A stretch of DNA of 64,000 nt, taken from the NCBI RefSeq assembly GCF_018350175.1, contig NC_058368.1, positions 46,626,001 to 46,690,000 of the forward strand. The letters run 5' to 3'. Position 1 is the stretch's first letter, and each line of letters begins with the position of its first letter. Origin of the DNA: Felis catus (lineage: Eukaryota). The notes under the pieces are model-generated. The model saw only the letters and a program-made list of their open reading frames with translations. It had not been told where the DNA came from and made no database searches. Positions 36,873-50,000 of this stretch are shown here, one piece after another. The position numbers and the translations under genes were made by a program.

Positions 36873-38829
36873 CTCAATTTATGTACATTACTATTATTAC
36901 CTATTATGAGACATGAGACATTCAAAATTAATGTCAAAGTAATGCTGCATTTGAAGTCCTGTAGTTGTATACAGCACTTATTCTGAACATGTTTTAAAAG
37001 AATATTTTCTGTGAAAATATATTTTTACAGTTTGGTAATTTATTATTTTAATAACAAGATTACTAAAATATTTTTTATAGTTTAGCTACATACACATAAA
37101 CAGTTTCAAGGAATTGCTTTACACTCACACACACACACACTCACACATACCTATTTTCAGAATTTCCTAAATAGCAATTATTTTCTTTATATTTATAGTC
37201 TATAATCCATGGTATTTTTGGTATCCAAAAAATACTTACTTTTTGTTTCTACTTAAGTAATTTTAGTCTAAAATCACTTGCTAATCATAACAACACAGCA
37301 GAAGTTTGTTTTGTAAACATTTTACTTTATTATCAGCCTTTGTTTTCTGATACAATGCTTTAAAAATATCCTCTGTTGTATAAAGGACATTGTTGCAAAA
37401 AGGCAGCTCAAAACTTGTCCTTCCCTTCCTTTCATTGATCTGTTGCCTCTTAGGTGATATGAACAGCTGTCTCCAGCTCACCCACAAGCGAGCTGAACAT
37501 AATAATAAGGTAGTGTTACTGGCCTGTATCTATGAATGATTATGCGGAGGGTGCCAGTTCTTTTACTAAAGATAAGGTAACAAAGATACCAGAGAAGAAA
37601 ACTGGTTAGCAAAAGCAAACGAGTGCTCCCGACTTTAAGGTTTAGTTATTTCTCTGCTAACCACTGAGTTTCTCTTTCAGTTGGGTTTCCAATAAGGTGA
37701 AGGTGCCCTCTGTAGGAGACTCCCAGTAAATGCTGCTTCTTTATATTTGGGTGGCGACATAGAAGTTTTCCCCCCTTGCCAATTTACAAACAAACAAACA
37801 AGCAAACAACACAGTACTCTGTGCTAACACAAGTTCGAACTCTTTAAAAATGCTAGAGGGAAATTAGTATGAAGTACATAATCAGTCATATAAATCTAGT
37901 GCCTTTTCGAATGAAAGAAATTCAACACTGAGAAAGCTGTTACAGCACATTGGTGTTTGGTATTTACTGACATTGTGGTATGTAATAGGATGAATATTCT
38001 AAATTGAGAAATGTTGTTGAAAGCAGAAAGACAGAAGGTCTTGGCATAGTTCAGTGAAAAGTGGATCTAAACAGAAGAATCCACATGCAGAAAGACACAT
38101 TCACCACCTAATAAATATACCTCCCCAAAAGGTCTTCTTATCTTCCTTTCTTATAAAGGTTACCATAATGCAGATTCATTATCAGTCCCACTGGGTAGCA
38201 TATAGCTTGGTAAGAAATTGCTTTTGTTAGCATGCTCATGGAAAGAGATTAGCTATTTCACCAGATCTCCTGGGGCTATTTGAAATTTTGGGAATTCTCT
38301 CTGTAATTTAAAATGGAAGTTAAAGCCAATGTGAATAGACTAGGGAAAATCTCACAAATTACACCTCTCCATCTGGAAGTTTCTTCATCACTCATTGCAG
38401 AAGTACAAGCTGAAATCACATTTGTTACAGGCAGGAGAGATTTCATCAGTGATGATGCCATTATATGAATATTAATGTATTAATAATGAAGCATTTGGGT
38501 TACAAAGAAAAATCTAAAATTTAAATGCTTGATAGTCTTTGGTTTTAAGTTTTGGTCTTTATTGACTTTGTGTATTAAAGTTTGTCACTATTTTCATTTT
38601 TTGGATTATGACTTTAGTTTCTGTAGAATGTGTGTGTAGGAGTCTAGTATCACCTCTATAGCAATACAGGTGTTAGGGGATGAACAAGCGGACATGGGAG
38701 CATAAGAGAAAGGAATTGCTGCCTCCTTTTACCTATTCGTCTGCTTTTGTCCTTCAATATCTGTCAAATATCCCTTCTCTGTGAATCTATGTTTCCCATA
38801 GCATGGGCTATGTACCTCAACTACAACAA

Positions 38830-39030
38830 CATTTGTGGAGCGATTATATACACGGGCACTGTGTATAGATCATCTTTATATAAGGCCTTATATAGATCAT
38901 CTCATTTAATCCTCCTAACATACAAGAAAGACAGGCAATTATTATCCCACAACAAATATGAGGAAACTGAGGCTTGAGAGGCTAAATTATAGTCTATCCC
39001 AGGTCCTGCTTTCTTCTCCACTACGATACC
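38830..39030 (-). mobile_element. MIR fragment
   Basis: GGCACTGTG...ATCTCATTTAATCCTC...ATTATTATCCC...ATGAGGAAACTGAGGCTTGAGAGGCTAAAT is the MIR core. Confidence 0.75.
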
Positions 39031-41802
39031 CTCCCTTTTGATCTCACTTATTTGACTAGCTACCTTTCACATGCTCAACTTATTTGTGTCCCCGTCTTCC
39101 TAACACAGCTGCCTAGTGAATCCCTAACCAGGACTAATGTAGCAATCTGCTATCCCTCTGGATGACTGAGCATTGCTAAAGATTGTGCCATAGCTATGCA
39201 GATTGGTATCCTTAATTATTCATGACTCTTAGTTACAAGCTTTAAATTTAAGCCCATTTATCTGGAAAGGGTGCTGAATAAGTTCACATCATCACATTAA
39301 TAGGAAGTCATGGCTCTAGTTAGTCTTAGTGATGAGTGCAACCAGAGTTCAAACATCTCCTTATGCTATTCTGTGATCTCTGAAGACACATTTTCCAGGA
39401 TGTCTTCTTCCAGTTTCTTGGTCTAGATATTTCATATAGATGCATTCATGGTGCCTAGCTGCAACCTATGCTCCGTGCTTCTAACTCTACCATCAGAGAT
39501 GGATTGAGATTAGCTTTCTTGATACTCAAGGTCTGAAATCCAAGAAAAGGTTCTGATTGGGTCACCTTGGGACATGTATACATTTCTGGGTGAAGAAACC
39601 TGTCAAGGGCAGTATTAGGTAATGATTAAGAATGTGTGGGTTATGGGGGTGCCTGGGATTTAAAGCCTGGTCTGTGCGTGACCAGGGACAAATTTACATC
39701 CTTGATTTCTTTATCTGCAAGAAAGGAGATAACAATTGTATCTACTTCGTTGCATTGTAATGGTGATTAAATAAGTTAATACAAAAGAATTTGAATAGTT
39801 TCTGCTTCTGAATACACTAGTTACCACTGATCACTCAGGCCTTGGGATTGGTTCAGGTTGACACAGATATCCACTCACAAATCAAGCACTGTAGCCGATG
39901 AGGCAGAACCACTTAGCATTGAAGTTAACTTTTGAGAAATATGTTCAGTGTGGGGGGGCTGAGACATTTCCTAAAAGGGGGAGACTTTTCTAGATGAAAG
40001 GTTGAGGAGTGCTTGACAAATCGCCAGATGCTTGCTATACAATCGTGAAAAACATGTACTTTTCTGTACCAATAGAGGACCATTCATCTATCTTATGTCC
40101 CCTGATCAGCTTTATTTCCTCTTCCCCTCAGTGATAATTCTAAAACTTCCTCAAATGCTATGTATACCTATCTCCTCATGTACTACATCCATATTCTGCA
40201 ATGATAGTCCTGTTGCAGCAGGAAATGTAAGACAATCAAGTTTTCACCATTTCTTGTTGGGACTGTTACTAGAGGCTTCTAGCTGACTCTCTTTCCCAGT
40301 CTTGCCCTTCATCCATTCACATTATTTCCAGATCCACACAGAACATGAGTGTACCATCTTCAGTGTAAGTCTGGTCAACTGGTGCATATACTTAAAGTCT
40401 TCAATGGCACCACTTCACCTTCAGAATGAAGTCCAAGGTAGAGCATGACTTAGAAGAGCCCTCTTATGTCTCCTGTGTTGTAGTTAATACTCCCAGGTAT
40501 AACTTTTATTTTAAAAAGTCTAAAGCGCTGAGTTTGTAAATTAAATTATGCTACTCCTATGATGAAAGTACTTCCATTTTTTTTTTTCATTAGATACTGG
40601 ACAGCATCCTGTTCTTATTCTTCATAGTATTCTTCATAACTTGTAATTTTACACCAGGTTGTTTACTTTTTTATTGTATGACTACCTTTATTGGTATTAA
40701 GTTCCTTTAGACTTTTTCTATTTTATTCCTTATTATAGTATCTGTCACACATAGTGGTTGGAATATAGAAGGTATACAATATTCATTGAGTGATAAATGA
40801 CCTACCTCTAGTAATATCAATATATCATGTCATTGCATATATCTGAGTTTTTGCTTATGACTACATCTTCCAACATTTATGTTCTTAGCTAACTCTATCT
40901 TACCCTTTATGACTTCTTTCCAAGAAAGATTCTCTAAATCTGCAAGAAAGCAAAGTGCTTCATATCTATATTTGCACATTATCCCCTGTATGTCTCTATT
41001 TTATTATTTGTTATTTTTACTTGTAGTATCTGTCTTCATTAATGACAGGGAACAGGTCTCAATCATCTTACCATCACTTAGCATGATGCTTAATATAAAG
41101 CAATCCTCAGGTTGAACTTTGCTTTCTTTAGAATGAAAATTAAACACTACCTGAATGACCAAACAAGTTTTGCATGAAATAGTAAAGAATAAATTATTCA
41201 AATAATTATATTCTACCTCTTCTTTAATAACTTTCCTGAGAATATGAACCTAAATGTTTTTTATCTTCTTATTGTTTATTTTATAATAACTATTTAGCTA
41301 TTAACCTATTATTAAATCTTATAAAATCATTGCTTGGAACTGCTATTTTTACTTTGAGCACTTTAAATTTTAAATGGGGTTATATCTTACTTTTTCACCT
41401 CACCAGCTGAAGAATGGGGGATTTTGTCCTGCATAACCCTAGAAAAAAAGCACATATGCATATAATAAGCGCTTGTTCACTTCATTCAATTTGCAGTTTG
41501 TGTAAATTTAAGACATTTAGAATATCTTATGTACTGTATTAGTTAGCTTTTTCTATTGTATAGAACCCAGAACTTTGTGGCTTAAAAAAAAATCAGTATT
41601 ACATTTAGTTTGCACTTTTGTGAGAGGACTGAAATGGTATCTCTGGTCCAGGTCAGCTCAGCTAGGTTGTATGGGGTACAATGGTTTCAATGTCTGATGA
41701 TTAGCATATTGCCATTGTAGTTGAAGCTGGCGTCTTACCAGGCAGTTGTGTTGCCTGTGAATATTCTTGTACATGTTAACTTGTGGACATATGCAAACAT
41801 TT

Positions 41803-42182
41803 TGTAGGTGCGATTCATGTTCCTCCCAAATTCACGTGCACAGGTCTTAACCACCGATGTGACCACTTTTGGAGATAGAGTAGAAAGTAATTAGGTTATG
41901 AAGTTATATAGTTGGAGTCCTAATCTGATAGGATTAGTGGCCTTATAAGAAGAGGAAGCAAGAGATCTCTCTCTCCATGTGCATGCAGAGAAAAAGCCAC
42001 GTGAGAACACAGTGAGAAGGTAGCTGTCTGCAAGCCAGGAAAAGACACCTCACCAGAAACCCAATCAACCAGCACCTTGATCTCGGACTTTCCAGACTCT
42101 AGGACTATGAGAAACAAATTTCCATTGTTCAAGCTACGTGGTCTATTGTATTTTGGTATGGCTGCCTGAGAAGATTAAGACA
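41803..42182 (+). mobile_element. MaLR solo LTR (MLT1A/MLT1A0-like)
   Basis: CCTAATCTGATAGGATTAGTGGCCTTATAAGAAGAGGAAG...GTGAGAACACAGTGAGAAGG...CACCTTGATCTCGGACTTTCCAG...AAGACA with TG...CA ends. Confidence 0.8.
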
Positions 42183-42454
42183 CCAGGGTACATATCTAAG
42201 AGCAGACTTGCATGCTAATATTAGATAGGTTAAATTGTTTTCCAAATTATCACTTTAAATCTCAAAAGCTGTTCGACGTTCTTCCCAATGCCTGATATTC
42301 TAAAACTTCTTTAATTTTGCCAGCCAGGTGGGTATGAAATGGAAACCAATGGCTTTTTAAATTTTTAATTAATTTATAGTTTTAGTTTATAGTTACTCAT
42401 TACTAAGATTGTGAATTTTCTCATATGCTTTTTTAACATCGGCATTTTCTTCTT

Positions 42455-43945
42455 CTTTTTCTTTTTTTATCATTTTATTTTTTTTCCATCATGATAAGCA
42501 TACTCTTTCATTCCCATTTCTTATTTCCCTCATCCTCCCACCCACCTCCCCTCTGATAACCAACCAGTTTGTTCTTTATAGTTGAGAGTCTATTTCTTGG
42601 GTTCTCTCTCTCTCTCTCTCTCTCTCTTTCCTTCCTTTGCTCATTTGTTTTGTTTCTTAAATTCCACATATGAGTGAGATCATATGGTATTTGTCTCTCT
42701 CCGACTGGTTTATTTCACTTAGCATTATATTCCCTGTCTCTAGCCATGCTGTTGCAAATGGCAAGATTTCATTATTTTTATGGCTGAATAATATTCCATT
42801 GTATATATACATCACCTCTTTATCCATTCATCTATTGATGGACACTTGGGATATTTCCCTAGTTTAGCAATTTTAAATAATGCTGCAATAAACATAGGGG
42901 TGCATGTATCCCTTTTAATTCGTTTTTTTTTTGTATTTTTGGGGGTAAATACCCAGTAGTGCAATTATTGGATTGTAGGGTCATTCTATTTTTAATTTTT
43001 GAGGAACCTCCATACTATTTTCCACAGTGGCTGCACCAGCTTGCACTTGCACCAACAGTGCATGAGGGTTCCTTTTTCTCCACATCCTTCGCCAACACTT
43101 GTTTCTTGTGTTTTTTTTTATTTTAGCCATTCTGACAGGTGTGAGGTGATATCTCATTGTGACTTTGATTTCCATTTCTCTGATGATGAGTAGTGTTGAG
43201 CATCTTTTCATGTGTCTATTGGCTTTCTGGATGTCTTCTTTGGAGAAATATCTGTTCATGTCTTCTGCCCACCTTTTAATTGGATTATTTGTTTTTTGGG
43301 GTATTGACTCATGTCAGTTCTTTATGTATTTTGGACACTAACCCCATACTGAATATGTCATTTGCAAATATCTTCTCCCATTTGGTAGTTTTGTTGATTG
43401 TTTCCTTTGCCATGCAGAAACTTTTTATTTTGATGTAGTCTCAAGGGTTTATTTTTGCTTTTATTTCCCTTGCTTCAAGACACCCATCCAGAAAAATATG
43501 GCCATGGCCAACGTCAGAGGGATTACTGTCTATGCTTTCTTCAATGATTTTTATGGTTTCAGATCTCACATTTAGGTCTTTAATCCATTTTGAATTTAGT
43601 TTTGTGTATGGTGAAAGAAGGTGGTCCATTTTTATACTTTTGCATGTGGCTGTCCAGTTTTCCCAACACGATTTGTTGAAGAGATGTCTTTTCCTCACTG
43701 TATCCTATTCCCTTTGTCAAAGGTTAATTGACCATATAATTGTGGGGTTATTTCTGAGTTTTCTGTTCTAATCTAGTGAACTATGTGTCTATTTTTAGGC
43801 CAATACCATACTGTTTTAATTACTACCACTTTGTATTATAATTTGAAATCTTAAATTGTTTTACCTCCAGTTTTGTTTCTCTTTTTCAAGATTGCTTTGG
43901 CTGTTCAAGGGCTTTTGTGGTTCTACACAAACTTTAAGTTTGCTG
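42455..43945 (-). mobile_element. 5'-truncated carnivore L1 (3'UTR + ORF2 C-terminus)
   Basis: ORF-track peptides [29 protein letters not shown]... and [15 protein letters not shown]... are L1 ORF2 C-terminal motifs. T-rich tail at left; ATTTTCTTCTTC repeated at both junctions. Confidence 0.9.
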
Positions 43946-44148
43946 CACATTTGAATTTTCTTCTTCTGTCAAGTGTCTGTTCTTTTGCCCATTAAAATTT
44001 GTACCATTTATGTGTTTTCGATTTATAGAATTCATTTATTTATTCTGAATACTAATCTTTTGGCAGTTATGTGTTGAAAATATATTTCCCACAGACTTGC
44101 TGGTTTTATCACTTTCTTTGTGACAGTTTTTGATAAACAGACATTCTT

Positions 44149-44346
44149 TTTTAAAAAATTTTCTGTTTATTTATTTTTGAGAAAGAGGGAGAGAGAGTGT
44201 GTGTGCAAGGGGCAGAGAGAGAGAGAGGAAGACAGAGGATCCAAAACACAGCACAGAGCCCAATGTGGGGCTTGAACTCATAAATTGTGAGATCATGAAC
44301 TGAGCTGATATCCAATATTTAACCAGCTGAGCCACCCAGGCACCCC
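44149..44346 (-). mobile_element. Carnivore SINE
   Basis: Reverse SINE ending GCCACCCAGGCACCCC; ACATTCTT on both flanks. Confidence 0.88.
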
Positions 44347-44544
44347 TATGAACATTCTTAATATTAATGTAGTTGAATTCCTATTTTTTTCTTTATAGAT
44401 TTCACATTTTGTGTTTTGCCTAAGAAGTTTTCCCTAGTCCAAGAGCACAGAATTATTCTTTAGTTTTTTGATACAGTTTAATTTTGTTTTTTCTTTATAC
44501 ACTTAAGTTGTTAATACAGTGAAAATTGATGGGTTTAGGGTGGT

Positions 44545-44697
44545 GGAGAGAGGCGAGCAAAGGTGTTGCTACTGGCATCTAGTAGGTAGAGGCCAGAAAT
44601 GCTGCTAAATATCCTATAATGCACAGGATGGTCCCTCAAAACAAAGAATTATCTGAACCAAAATGTCAATAACTATGCTAAGGTTGAGGAATCCTTG
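44545..44697 (+). mobile_element. MER20 (hAT-Charlie DNA transposon) fragment
   Basis: GCTACTGGCATCTAGTAGGTAGAGGCCAGAAATGCTGCTAAATATCCTATAATGCACAGG...AAAGAATTATC...CAAAATGTCAATA...AAGGTTGAG. Confidence 0.8.
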
Positions 44698-44772
44698 GAG
44701 TAGTGGTTTGTATAATACAACTTTAGTCACTATTATTAAATACTTCATATATACTTTTAATAAAGTATACTT

Positions 44773-44983
44773 GGGTTGCCTGGGTGGCTCAGTCAGTTAA
44801 TTGTCCAACTCTTGGTTTCAGCTCAGGTCTTACGGTTTGTGAGTTCAAGCCCTGTGTTGGGTTCTATCCTGGCAGTGTGGAGCCTGCTCGGGATTCTCTC
44901 TCTTTCCCTCTCTTTCTTACCCTCCTATGCTCGCTCTCTCTCTCTCTCTCTCTCTCTCAAAATAAATGAATAAACTTTAAAAA
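44773..44983 (+). mobile_element. Carnivore SINE (older subfamily)
   Basis: GGGTTGCCTGGGTGGCTCAGTCAG...CT tract...AAAATAAATGAATAAAC; flanks AAAGT(T)ATACT. Confidence 0.88.
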
Positions 44984-45464
44984 AGTTATACTCTACAACT
45001 GTGGGTGTAATTGGCTTCTGTATTCTGTGTATTTCTTCAAGTTGTTAAATTTGTGGTTCAAGCTTTTTAATCTTACTGGTTTTTTGACTACATGATTTAT
45101 CATTATTGAAAGAACTATGCTAAAATCTCCAAGCCTATGGATTGATTTCACTCTTATAGTTCTTTTAGCCCTGTCAACTCTGGCTTTAAATAGTTTGAGG
45201 CATATCAAAGTGCCAGGAACCTTCTGGAATAGGCTCAACTGACCAAATCTGGACCACTTTCAACATGAAAATAAAGAATAATAAACTGATTGCAATCATT
45301 TAACTAAATAAAGTAATAAATATATAATTTGGGAAGAAGAAAAGGCTTCTATTTATGATGGAACAAAAACTTGTAAATGTAGAATAATGGAGCGCTATTT
45401 GGCGGCCATCACTGTGCTGGTTGATTAAGGCAAGTCAGGAATGGATATTAAAGACAAGAGAAGA

Positions 45465-45694
45465 GGGGCACCTGGGTGGCGCAGTCGGTTAAGCGTCCGA
45501 CTTCAGCCAGGTCACGATCTCGCGGTCCGTGAGTTCGAGCCCCGCGTCAGGCTCTGGGCTGATGGCTCGGAGCCTGGAGCCTGTTTCCGATTCTGTGTCT
45601 CCCTCTCTCTCTGCCCCTCCCCCGTTCATGCTCTGTCTCTCTCTGTCCCAAAAATAAATAAAAAACGTTGAAAAAAAATTAAAAAAAAATAAAT
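45465..45694 (+). mobile_element. Young SINEC_Fc SINE with perfect 15-bp TSD
   Basis: CpG-rich intact body (GGCGCAGTCGGTTAAGCGTCCGACTTCAGCCAGGTCACG...). TSD AAAGACAAGAGAAGA at 45450-45464 and 45695-45709. Confidence 0.95.
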
Positions 45695-45709
45695 AAAGAC
45701 AAGAGAAGA

Positions 45710-45828
45710 GGGACACCTGGATGGCTCAGTCAGTTAAGCATCTGACTCCTTTTTTAATATGTTTATTTATTTATTTTGAGAGACACACACACACACGCAC
45801 ACGCACACACACACAGAGAGAGGGAGAG

Positions 45829-45871
<43 letters not shown>

Positions 45872-46214
45872 ATAAGCTGGATAGGGGCAGAGAGAGAATC
45901 CCAAGCAAGCTCTGCACTGTCATAGTAGAGCCTGATGCGGGGCTTAATGCCACAAACCATGAGATCATGACCTGAACCAAAATCAAGAACCAGATACTCA
46001 ATGGATTGAGCCACTCAGGTGCCCCAAGCATCTGACTCTTGATTTAAGCTTGGGTAATGATCTCACAGTTCATGAGATAGAGCCCTATGTCAGGCTTTGC
46101 AATGATGGCACAGAGCCTGCTTGGGATCCTTTCTCCCTCTCTCTTTCTCTCTCTCTGCCCTTCCCCTTCTTTCTCTCTCTCTCTCTCTCAAAATAAATAA
46201 ATGAACATTTAAAG
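45710..46214 (+). mobile_element. Older carnivore SINE interrupted by a reverse SINE
   Basis: 5' part 45710-45748 resumes at 46039. Right TSD copy AAAGACAAGAGGAGA at 46215-46229. Confidence 0.88.
45749..46025 (-). mobile_element. Carnivore SINE nested inside the older SINE
   Basis: TSD AAGCATCTGACTC at 45736-45748 and 46026-46038; expanded (CA)/(GA) tract. Confidence 0.9.
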
Positions 46215-47068
46215 AAAGACAAGAGGAGAATATACAAAATTTAAAAGGTGGTACAAATAAAACAACAAAATGAGATGATAGGTATGAATACAAAAATATT
46301 AGTGACTCCAATACATGTGAGAGACTATGGTCCTGCCACTGCCTTCTCAGTTGGGTACTTAGCCAACCCCAGCCTGCCCACAAACCTCTAGGCCTCATTG
46401 TGTTCCTGATCCTCAGCCCCACAAGTCTCTGACCCACCCCAAGCACACCACCACTTTTTTGATTCCAACACTTTTCCCACCTTGTCTGTGTTCCACAGGA
46501 AGTGAAGGGAAGGAAAATAGGAAGAAGGCAGCAAAGTGCTCAAATGTGAAGCCAAAATTGATCTGAATTTATAAAAGCCCTCACACTAAAGGTTTCCATG
46601 CTATGCTTCTATCTCAAATTTCCACTTTTCATGTAGTTATCAGTTTTATAACATCTTACTTTCTTACCAGCTAATGGATGTACTTAAGAAAACGTAAACA
46701 TTATTTTATCAAGAATTTTTAGTTTTGTTTTTGTTTTTCTTAAAGAGTTGGCCAGGGTACTTGGTGCTTTATAATGCCAGAGACAGAAGCTGGAGGTAAA
46801 TATTTATTTATTATTTTTTTTTATTTTTAAATTTTATTTTTAAAAATTTACATCCAAATTAGTTACCATATAGTGAAACAATGATTTCAGGAGGAGGTTC
46901 CTTAGTGCCCCCTTACCAATTTAGCCCATCCCTCCTCCCACAACCCCTCCAGTAACCCTCAGTTTGTTCTCCATATTTATGAGTCTCTTCTGTTTTGTCC
47001 CCCTCCCTGTTTTTATATTATTTTTGTTTCCCTTCCCTTATGTTCATCTGTTTTGTCTCTCAAAGTCC

Positions 47069-50000
47069 TCATATGAGTGAAGTCATCTGATTTTTATCTT
47101 TCTCTGACTGACTAATTTCACTTAGCATAATACCCTCCTGTTCCATCCACGTAGTTGCAAATGGCAAGATTTCATTCTTATTTATTGCCGAGTAATACTC
47201 CATTGTATATATATACCATATCTTCTTTATCCATTCGTCCATCGATGGACATTGGGCTCTTTCCATACTTTGGCTATTGTTGATAGTGCTGCTATAAACA
47301 TGGGGGTGCATGTGTCCCTTTGAAACAGCACACCTGTATCCCATGGATAAATGCCTAGTAGTGCAATTTCTGGATCGTAGGGTAGTTCTATTTTTAGTTT
47401 TTTTGAGGAACCTCCATACTATTTTTCAGAGTGGCTGCACCAGCTTGCATTCCCACCAACAATGCAAAAGAGATCCTCTTTCTCCGCATCCTCGCCAGCA
47501 TCTGTTGTTGCCTGAGTTGTTCATGTTAGCCATTCTGACAGATGTAAGGTGGTATCTCATTGTGGTTTTGATTCGTATTTCCCTGGTGATGAGTGATGTG
47601 GAGCATTTTTTCATGTGTCAGTTGGCCATCTGGATGTCTTCTTTGGAGAAGGGTCTATTCATGTCTTTTGCCCATTTCTTCACTGGATTATTTGTTTTTT
47701 TGGGGTTGAGTTTGATAAGTTCTTTATAGCTTTTGGATACTAACCCTTTATCTGATATGTCATTTGCAAATATCTTCTCCCATTCTGTTGGTTGCCTTAG
47801 TTTTGCTGATTGTTTCCTTCGCTGTGCAGAAGGTTTTTATTTTGATGAGGTCCCAGTAGTTCATTTTTGCTTTTGTTTCCCTTGCCTCCGGAGATGTGTT
47901 GAGTAAGAAGTTGCTGCGGGCCAGATCAAAGAGGTTTTTGCCTACTTTCTCCTCGAGGATTTTGATGGCTTCCTGTCTTACATTGAGGTCTTTCATCCAT
48001 TTTGAGTTCATTTTTGTGTATGGTATAAGAAAGTGGTCCAGGTTCATTCTTCTGCGTGTCGCTGTCCAGTTTTCCCAGCACCACTTGCTGAAGAGACTGT
48101 CTTTATTCCACTGGATATTCTTTCCTGCTTTGTCAAAGATTAGTTGGCCATATGTTTGTGGGTCCATTTCTGGGTTCTCTATTCTGTTCCATTGATCTGA
48201 GTGTCTGTTCTTGTGCCAGTACCATACTGTCTTGATGATTACAGCTTTGTAGTATAGCTTGAAGTCCGGGATTATGATGCCTCCTGCTTTGGTTTTCTTT
48301 TTCAAGATTGCTTTGCTATTTGTGGTATTTTCTGGTTCCATACAAGTTTTAGGATTATTTGTTCTAGCTCTGTGAAGAATGTTGGTGTTACTTTGATAGG
48401 GATTGCATTGAATATGTAGATTGATTTGGGTAGTATTGACATTTTAACAATATTTGTTCTTTCTATCCGGGAGCATGGGATCTTTTTCCATTTTTTTGTG
48501 ACTTCTTCAATTTCTTTCATAACCTTTCTATAGTTTTCAGTGTATAGATTTTTCACCTGTTTAGTTAGATTTATTCCTAGGTATTTTATGGATTTTTGTG
48601 CAACTGTAAATGGGATCGATTCCTTGATTTCTCTCTCTGTCGCTTCATTGTTGGTATATAGGAATGCAACAGATTTCTGTGCATTGTTTTTATATCCTGC
48701 AACTTTGCTGAATTCATGAATCAATTCTAGAAGATTTTTGGTGGCATCTTTTGGGTTTTCCATATAAAGTATCATGTCATCTGCGAAGAGTGAAAGTTTG
48801 ACCTCCTCCTGGCCAGTTTGGATGCTCTTTATTTCTTTGTGTTGTCTGATTGCAAAGGCTAAGACTTCCAATACTATGTTGAATAACAGTGGTGAGAGAG
48901 GGCATCCCTGTCTTGTTCCTGACCTTATGGGGAAGACTCTGTTTTTCCCCATTGAGGATGATATTGGCATTGGGTCATTCATATATGGCTTTATGATCTC
49001 GAGGTATACTCCTTCTATCCCTACTTTCTTGAGGGTTTTTATCAGGAAATGTGTTGTATTTTGTCAAATGCTTTCTCTGCACCTATTGAGAGGATCATAT
49101 AGTTCTTGTCCTTTCTTTTATTGATGTGATGAATCACGCTAACTGTTTTGTGGATATTGAACCATCCCTGCATCCCTGGTATAAATCTCACTTGGTTGTG
49201 GTAAATAATTTTTTTAATGTATTGTTGGATCCATTGGCTAATATCTTGTTGAGGATTTTTGCATCCATGTACATCAGGGAAATTGCTCTATAGTTCTCCT
49301 TTTTAGTCTCTGTCTGGTTTTGGAATCAAGGTAATGCGGCTTCATAGAAAGAGTTTGGAAGTTTTCCTTCCATTTCTATTTTTTGGAACAGTTTCAAGAG
49401 AATAGGTGTTAACTCTTCCTTAAATGCTTGGTAGAATTCCCTGGAAAGCCACCTGGCCCTGGACTCTTGTTCTTTGGGAAATTTTTGATTACTAATTCGA
49501 TTTCCTTACTGGTTATGGGTCTGTTCAAATTTTCTATTTCTTCCTGTTTCAGTTTTGGTAGTGTATATGTTTCTAGAAATTTGTCCATTTCTTCCAGATT
49601 GCCCATTTTATTGGCATATAATTGCTCATAATATTCTTTTATTATTGTTTTTATTTCTGTTGTGTTGGTTGTGATCTCTCCTCTTTCATTCTTGATTTTA
49701 TTTATTTGGGTCCTTTCCTTTTTCTTCTTGACCGAACTGGATACTGGTTTATCAATTTTGTTAATTCTTTCAGAGAACCAGTTTCTGGTTTCATTGATCT
49801 GTTCTACCGGTTTTTTTTTTTTTTTTTTTGGTTTTGATAGCATTAATTTCTGCTCTAATCTTTATTATTTCCTGTCTTCTGCTGGTTTTGGGTTTTATTT
49901 GCTATTCTTTGTCCAGCTTCTTGAGGCGTAAGTTTAGGTTGTGTATCTGAGATCTTTCTTGCTTCTTTATGAAGGCCTGGATTGCTATATTCTTTCCTCT

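Larger units (their letters stand above)
42183..44520 (-). mobile_element. Old L1M (ORF2 3' region) relic, split by a younger L1 and a SINE
   Basis: Degenerate L1 sequence (TTTAATTTTGCCAG...GGGTATGAAATGG, TCTTTTGCCCATT, ATTCTGAATACTAATCTTT, CCTAAGAAGTTTTCCC) is collinear on both sides of 42445-43945. Confidence 0.6.

Noticed and set aside
26400..41500. Scattered 60-108 aa ORFs in the upstream region
   Set aside because: No recognisable domains or exon structure; lengths are as expected by chance, and many use alternative starts.
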